In this document: positions 58,859 to 64,000 of the stretch, piece by piece
Numbering within the stretch: the stretch's first letter is position 1
Layout: each line of letters begins with the position of its first letter
Assembly: GCA_963749075.1 (NCBI GenBank)
Contig: CAVVLJ010000016.1
Coordinates: forward strand, 992,001 to 1,056,000
Source of the DNA: an uncultured Pseudomonadota bacterium
GTDB lineage: Bacteria; Pseudomonadota; Alphaproteobacteria; JACZXZ01
Direction of reading: 5' to 3'
DNA: 64,000 bases
Made by a program: the position numbers and the translations under genes
The notes under the pieces: model-generated
Databases searched by the model: none
Told to the model about the DNA's origin: nothing
Seen by the model: only the letters and a program-made list of their open reading frames with translations

Positions 58859-59092
58859 GGCTCGCCCCTGTGCGTTCGGCCGAGATTATCCTCTCGCAGG
58901 TCCGTTCTAACAGAAGATCCCCGGACGCTCGGTTGTTCGCGGGGAAATCTGCCCCGTTTCGACGCGTCCAACAAGCACCGCCCACAGCACCCCCCATAGC
59001 TGAGGTTCGGACTTACCCGCTACCCTTGCCGCCTCCTTGCAGGAGGCCGGCCGCTTCCATAACATCGGGCAGCGCTTCGTTGGGAGCCCGCC

Positions 59093-59722
59093 ATGCAGAC
59101 GATCAGGATCGCAGCACTTCTCGTGGCCGCGTCGCTTGCTCTATTCCCGCCAGATGCTGTCCGGGCGGATACGGCGGCGGCCGGCGAGGTTCTCGCCTTC
59201 GCCGGGCAATGTTTCGTCGAGGCGGGCGGCCATAAGAGCCCGCTCAAGAACGGCGATCCCGTCCACGTCGGCGACGTGATCGAGGTTCCGGCCGGCTCCA
59301 AGCTCAAGCTGCGCATGAGCGACGGCTCGATCATCGCCGCCGCCTCCGGGACCAGATTGACCATCGCCGCCTTCTCCTCCGAGGGCGGCGGCCAGCATCG
59401 CGATGCCAAATTCTCGCTCGCCACGGGGCTCTTGCGGGCGGTGGTGTCGCCGGCGGGCGAGGTCTCGCATTTCGAGGTCGATACCGCGACCGGAGTCGCG
59501 GCGGTGCGCTCGACCGACTGGTTCGTCGAGGCACAGCCGGGTGCCATGCAGGTCGGCGTGCTGAACGGCGTCGTCAGCATGACGAGCCGCGCCACCGGGC
59601 GGACGGTGGACATCCCCGCGCGCTGGGGTGCCAGGCTCGAGGCCGGCCGCGACCCCGTGCCGCCGCGCGTTTGGACCGCGGCCGAGTTCAACGGCGTGAT
59701 CGAACGGACCACAGTGAATTGA
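59093..59722 (+). CDS. Secreted FecR-domain protein
   Basis: Signal peptide, GDVIEV, SDGS, FEVDTATGVAAVRST, VLNGVV FecR pattern. Confidence 0.85.
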   Translation: MQTIRIAALLVAASLALFPPDAVRADTAAAGEVLAFAGQCFVEAGGHKSPLKNGDPVHVGDVIEVPAGSKLKLRMSDGSIIAAASGTRLTIAAFSSEGGGQHRDAKFSLATGLLRAVVSPAGEVSHFEVDTATGVAAVRSTDWFVEAQPGAMQVGVLNGVVSMTSRATGRTVDIPARWGARLEAGRDPVPPRVWTAAEFNGVIERTTVN

Positions 59723-61959
59723 GCTTTCCCCGGGGTTCGCGCGAGGCGGGACTGGCGCTGGCCGCCGCAGCCGCCGTCCTTCTGCTGTTCTCCTTCTTCG
59801 GCAATAGCGGGCTCTTGCGCGCGCTCGAGACCGCATCCCTCGATTTCCGCTTCCGCCTGCGCGGCGTGCGCCCGCCGGGACCCGAGGCCGCGGTCATCCT
59901 GGTCGACGACCGCAGCCTCGCCGCACTCGGGCGCTGGCCCTTCAGCCGCCACCTCTTCGCCTCCGCCGTCGACGCGCTCGATCGCGCCGGCGCCAGGCTC
60001 ATCGTCTTCGACCTGCTCTTTGCCGAGCCCGACGAGCCGGTTCCGGCACCTCTGCGCGCGACGGCGAGGAGTGCTGCAAAGGCCATTCCGCCGGAGGGCA
60101 ACGGACCGCTGCGCGCGGAGCTCGAGCGTCTCGCCGGGGACGACCCAGACGGCGACTTCGCGGCGGCGATCCGCAGGTCCGGGAAGGTGCTGCTCCCGGT
60201 GGGCTTCGCCTTCACCGGTGCCGCGCGGCCGGAGCCGGATTTCGTCTCGGCTGCCGCCTATGTGCGCTTCGACAAGAGCCCGCGCGAGCCCGCCTTTCCC
60301 CTCCGTCCCGTGGCAGCGGTGCCGCCGATCGAGGAGCTGGCCACGGCGGCGCTCGGCCTCGGTCACGCCGCCATCGCCTACGACCGCGACGGCGAGCCGC
60401 GCTACGATTACCTCGCCTTGCCCTTCGAAGCCGATTTCATTCCCTCGCTCTCCTTGCGCGCGGCGGCGGCCTACCTCGGTCTCAAATGGGAGAACGTCGG
60501 CCTAGCGCTCGGCGAGGGCGTGCGTCTCGGCAACCGCATGGTTTCCACCGATCCGGCGATGCGCCTCCTCATCAACTACCGCGGGCCGCGCGGCACATTT
60601 CCCACCTTCTCCTTCGTCGATCTCGTGCAGGGCCGCATCCCGGCGGACGCCTTGCGCGGGCGCATCGTGCTCTTGGGCGCCTCCTTCGTCGGCAACAGCG
60701 ACGCCTATAGCGCACCCTTCGGCAGCACGCCGCTCCCGGGGGTCGAGCGCATGGCGAACGTCATCGACACCATCCTCGGCGGCGACTTCATCGCCGAGCA
60801 TCCACCGCCCTGGCCGGCGGCGGCCGCCGCCGCGGTCCTCGTGCTGGCGCTCGCCATGGGGGCGACGAGCGGGCTCCTGCCGACGCGGGCGGCAGCACTC
60901 GTGGGCGGCGCTCCGCTGCTGCTCTGGGCCGGCGGTGCCGAGCTCGCCTTCCTCCACGGCCTCTGGCTGCCCGTGGTGGGACCGCTTGCGGCGCTGGCCG
61001 CGGCGGCGCTCAGCGTGCTTCTCTTCCGCTATTGGGTGGTCGATCGCGACGGGCGGCGGATCGCGCTCGCGTTCCGGCACTATCTGGCACCGGAGATGGT
61101 GAGCGTCCTCGCGGCGCACCCCGAGCGGCTGCAGTTGGGCGGCGAGCTCCGCGAGATGACGTTCCTCTTCTGCGACGTGCGCGGCTTCACCTCGATCTCC
61201 GAGCAGTTCAAGTCGAATCCGCAGGGTCTCACGCACCTCATCAACCGCTTTCTCACGCCGATGACCGACATCATCATGGCGCGGCACGGCACCATCGACA
61301 AATACATGGGCGACTGCATCATGGCGTTCTGGAACGCGCCGCTCGACAACGAGCGCCATGCCGACCGCGCCTGCGAGAGCGCGCTCGCCATGATCGCGGC
61401 ACTCGAGACGATCAATGCGCGGCTCGCGGCCGAGACGGGGGCGGAGCAGCGTCCGTTCCGCCCGCTCAAGATCGGCATCGGGCTCAACAGCGGCGAATGC
61501 GTGGTCGGCAACATGGGCTCGGACCAGCGCTTCGACTATTCGGTCCTGGGCGATGCGGTCAATCTCGCCTCGCGGCTCGAGGGGCAGTCGAAAACCTACG
61601 GCGTCGATATCGTCATCGGCGAGGCGACGCGTGCTGCGGCGCCGACCTTTGCCGCACTCGAGCTCGATCTCATTGCGGTCAAGGGCAAGAAGGAGGCCGT
61701 GCGCATCTACGCCCTCCTGGGCGACACCGCGGCGGCGCAATCGCCGGACTTCGGAGCGCTCCGCGAGCGCCACGGCGCCATGCTGGCCTGCTACCGCGCG
61801 CAGGATTGGGCGGGCGGGCGCGAGGCGCTCGGCCAATGCCGGCGGCTCGGGGGCGGCCTCGGGCAGCTCTACGACCTCTTCGAGGAGCGCATCGCCCATT
61901 ACGCCGCGAATCCGCCGGGCGAGGGTTGGGACGGCGTCTTTGTCGCCACCGCAAAATAG
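59719..61959 (+). CDS. CHASE2-domain class III adenylate cyclase
   Basis: GRWPFSR, VFDLLFAEP, PGVE CHASE2 motifs; three TM helices; FCDVRGF, DKYMGD, DYSVLGDAVNLASRLE (Lys/Asp ATP-type specificity); TTG start overlaps fecR stop. Confidence 0.93.
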   Translation: MSFPRGSREAGLALAAAAAVLLLFSFFGNSGLLRALETASLDFRFRLRGVRPPGPEAAVILVDDRSLAALGRWPFSRHLFASAVDALDRAGARLIVFDLLFAEPDEPVPAPLRATARSAAKAIPPEGNGPLRAELERLAGDDPDGDFAAAIRRSGKVLLPVGFAFTGAARPEPDFVSAAAYVRFDKSPREPAFPLRPVAAVPPIEELATAALGLGHAAIAYDRDGEPRYDYLALPFEADFIPSLSLRAAAAYLGLKWENVGLALGEGVRLGNRMVSTDPAMRLLINYRGPRGTFPTFSFVDLVQGRIPADALRGRIVLLGASFVGNSDAYSAPFGSTPLPGVERMANVIDTILGGDFIAEHPPPWPAAAAAAVLVLALAMGATSGLLPTRAAALVGGAPLLLWAGGAELAFLHGLWLPVVGPLAALAAAALSVLLFRYWVVDRDGRRIALAFRHYLAPEMVSVLAAHPERLQLGGELREMTFLFCDVRGFTSISEQFKSNPQGLTHLINRFLTPMTDIIMARHGTIDKYMGDCIMAFWNAPLDNERHADRACESALAMIAALETINARLAAETGAEQRPFRPLKIGIGLNSGECVVGNMGSDQRFDYSVLGDAVNLASRLEGQSKTYGVDIVIGEATRAAAPTFAALELDLIAVKGKKEAVRIYALLGDTAAAQSPDFGALRERHGAMLACYRAQDWAGGREALGQCRRLGGGLGQLYDLFEERIAHYAANPPGEGWDGVFVATAK

Positions 61960-62038
61960 CGCTATGATCGGAGCCGGCGGACGGGGCAGCCGAATGGCGA
62001 CGTAGTCGCCGAGCAGCACGCCGGGCGGGGAGGGGGAG

Positions 62039-62941
62039 GTGGCTTACGCGGGATCGGCTCGTTGGGCAGGCGCGCTCGCCTTGCTCTTCATTGCAGGCTT
62101 CGCCTCCGTAGCCGACGCCTACACGGCCGCGGGCGACCGTACCTTCCCTGCCACCATCCTCATTCCGCAGATCGCACCCACCGACGAATTCTATCTCACC
62201 ACCTCCGCCACCCATCCGGCGCCGGGTCGGGATCTGACCAATTTCACCAGCGTCTACAACAAGACCATCACCGAGCGGCTGAGCTTCGGCATCAAGGACG
62301 GCTACAACTGGCTCGATCGTCCCGGCGTCGCCACCCTCAGCGGCTTCCAGAACCTCGAGACCACGGCCAGATATCTCGCGGTCCTCGATCCGGAGAGCGA
62401 GTTTCTCGCCTCGCTCGGCGTCGACCGCGCCTGGGGCGGCACGGGCCAGGCGGCGCTCGGCGCCAGCGCAAGCCCCAAGGGCGCCACCACGCCTCAGTTC
62501 ACCTTCGGCAAAGGCATGCTCGACATCGGTGCCGATTATCTGCGCCCGGTCGGGCTCGCCGGGATCGCGGGCTACCAGATATCCGACGGCAAGCCGCGTC
62601 CGGACTTGTGGCAGCTCGGCTTCGCGCTCGACTACTCGATCCCCTACCTCGAAGCCAAGGTGCAAAGCGTCGACCTGCCGGACTTCGTTCGCGCGCTCAC
62701 GCCGCTCGTCGAGGTCCTCTTCGGCGTTCCGAGCGGCAGCAGCTTCGGCGCCAGGACGACGATCACGGTGGCGCCCGGCGTCAATTATGCGGGCGGAGGC
62801 TGGGAGTTCGGCCTCGAGGCCCTGCTGCCGGCGACGCGGGCGACCGGGAGCGGCGTCGGCGTGGCGGCGCAACTCCATTTCTCGCTCGATTACCTCTTCG
62901 CCGGCGGCTTCCTCGGAAGGCCCATCTTCTCGTCGGATTGA
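62039..62941 (+). CDS. Putative outer-membrane beta-barrel protein of unknown function
   Basis: Signal peptide ending ADA; many amphipathic beta strands; GDRTFPAT N-terminal motif. Confidence 0.7.
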   Translation: MAYAGSARWAGALALLFIAGFASVADAYTAAGDRTFPATILIPQIAPTDEFYLTTSATHPAPGRDLTNFTSVYNKTITERLSFGIKDGYNWLDRPGVATLSGFQNLETTARYLAVLDPESEFLASLGVDRAWGGTGQAALGASASPKGATTPQFTFGKGMLDIGADYLRPVGLAGIAGYQISDGKPRPDLWQLGFALDYSIPYLEAKVQSVDLPDFVRALTPLVEVLFGVPSGSSFGARTTITVAPGVNYAGGGWEFGLEALLPATRATGSGVGVAAQLHFSLDYLFAGGFLGRPIFSSD

Positions 62942-62963
62942 GCAGCGGAGCCGAGCGCGCAGC

Positions 62964-63686
62964 CTAATAGCACCTCACCACCTCGCCGTGCCGCGTGCAG
63001 CCGGGTGCTGCGAGCGCCACGAAATGGTGTGCCACCGCATCGGGGTGGGGGAGCGTCGAGGGGTTCTCGCCGGGGAAGGCCTCGGCGCGCATGGCGGTGC
63101 GCACGACGCCGGGATCGAGGAGGTTGACGCGCAGCCTCGTCTTGCTCGTCTCGCCGGCATAGGTGCGCACCATCATCTCGAGGGCGGCCTTGCTCGCCGC
63201 GTAGGCGCCCCAATAGGGAAAGACGCCCGAGCCGGCGCCCGAGGTCACGAAGATGGCGCGGCCGGCATCCGATTGGCGCAAGAGCGGGTCCATGCTGCGG
63301 ATGAGCCGCCAGTTGGCGGTGAGGTTGACCGCCATCACCTCGGCCCACGCCGGCGGGTCGATGTGGCCGAGCGGCGAGAGCACGCCGAGCACGCCCGCGT
63401 TGCCGACCAGGATGTCGAGCCTGCCGTAGCGCTCGTAGAGTGCGGCTCCCAGGCGGTCGATCTGCTCGGCCTCCTTGAGGTCGAGGGGGACGAGGGTTGC
63501 CGTCCCGCCGGCCGCCTGGACGGCGTCGTCCACCTCCTCGAGCCCGCCGACCGTGCGCGCCGCCAGCACGACGTGGGCGCCCTCGGCCGCGAAGCGCCGC
63601 GCCACCGCGGCGCCGATGCCGCGCGAGGCGCCGGTGATGAGGGCGATGCGGCCGTGAAGGGTCTGATTTGGCGGGTCCGCTGCCAT
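62964..63686 (-). CDS. Short-chain dehydrogenase/reductase, YciK-like
   Basis: TGASRGIG, GNAG, WGAYAASK, RTAMRAEAFPGE motifs; follows purF. Confidence 0.92.
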   Translation of the reverse strand: MAADPPNQTLHGRIALITGASRGIGAAVARRFAAEGAHVVLAARTVGGLEEVDDAVQAAGGTATLVPLDLKEAEQIDRLGAALYERYGRLDILVGNAGVLGVLSPLGHIDPPAWAEVMAVNLTANWRLIRSMDPLLRQSDAGRAIFVTSGAGSGVFPYWGAYAASKAALEMMVRTYAGETSKTRLRVNLLDPGVVRTAMRAEAFPGENPSTLPHPDAVAHHFVALAAPGCTRHGEVVRCY

Positions 63687-63786
63687 CCCCCCTCCCTACC
63701 CTCCCCCTCAAGGGGGGAGGGGAAGTTCACGAGCAGGCCCGATAAGAACCCCCTCCCCCCTTGAGGGGGAGGGTTGGGGTGGGGGG
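63687..63786. repeat. REP-like family B inverted pair between purF and the SDR gene
   Basis: cccccctccctaccctccccctcaaggggggagggg...ccccctccccccttgagggggagggttggggtgggggg. Confidence 0.88.
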
Positions 63787-63821
63787 ACAGCCCAACGACA
63801 ACGGCGGAGGCATCACCCGGC

Positions 63822-64000
63822 TCAGGCGATCTCGGCGAGGAGGGAGAGCTGGGGGGTCTGCTCGCCGCCGTCGTGGTCGGTGAGCGCCGTCGGGTAGTCG
63901 CCGGTGAAGCAGGCGTCGCAGAACTGGGGGTGGACCTTATCGCGGGCGGCAGCGCCGAGCGCGCGGTAGAGCCCGTCGATCGAGATGAAGCTCAGGCTGT
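63822..64000 (-). CDS. purF: Amidophosphoribosyltransferase, C-terminal fragment
   Basis: Manual translation SLSFISIDGLYRAL...FCDACFTGDYPT...QLSLLAEIA-stop. Confidence 0.93.
   Translation of the reverse strand, partial: SLSFISIDGLYRALGAAARDKVHPQFCDACFTGDYPTALTDHDGGEQTPQLSLLAEIA

Noticed and set aside
42992-63786. Palindromic repeats considered as CRISPR repeats or IS ends
   Set aside because: Copies are dispersed rather than tandem with unique spacers; no cas or transposase gene is present and no target-site duplication was seen.

Overview
GC-rich (roughly 70%, estimated by eye) chromosomal segment of an alphaproteobacterium; gene order suggests a Rhodospirillales-like organism. Most of the window is conserved core synteny: nuoG-N, birA, coaX, rnj, mce, DUF1467, tag, then proS, lolCE, lolD, dnaE, rpsB, tsf, pyrH, frr, uppS, cdsA, dxr, rseP, bamA, skp, fabZ, lpxA, lpxI, lpxB (no lpxD), then yfgM, bamB, der, a YciK-like SDR and the end of purF. 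Three accessory blocks interrupt it. (1) 12.9-15.5 kb: a candidate sRNA, a GNAT gene preceded by PhaR-like boxes, and an A/T-richer two-gene module. The 313-aa protein of this module has only two glutamates, 108 aa apart, in its beta-rich C-terminal domain. Its helical N-terminal segment is repeated as a separate 85-aa gene directly downstream. This possible enzyme plus free pro-domain (inhibitor or chaperone) pair is the best candidate for an undescribed system. (2) 36.4-53.9 kb: a catabolic island with no visible regulator, encoding a fluoroacetate-dehalogenase-like hydrolase, PcaB-like lyase, CoA-transferase, HMGL-like lyase, MmgE/PrpD protein, atypical acyl-CoA dehydrogenase, acyl-CoA ligase, SDR, Pot-like ABC transporter, DUF1028 and an amidohydrolase. 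(3) 58.4-62.9 kb: a DUF4189 / FecR / CHASE2 adenylate cyclase / outer-membrane protein cluster. Two families of REP-like palindromes are present. Three genes carry +1 frameshifts, and several conserved residues are changed at GANTC or GACGTC sites, which looks like methylation-linked sequencing error. No CRISPR array, tRNA, rRNA or transposase was seen. All product calls are from motif recognition and synteny; no database search was run.
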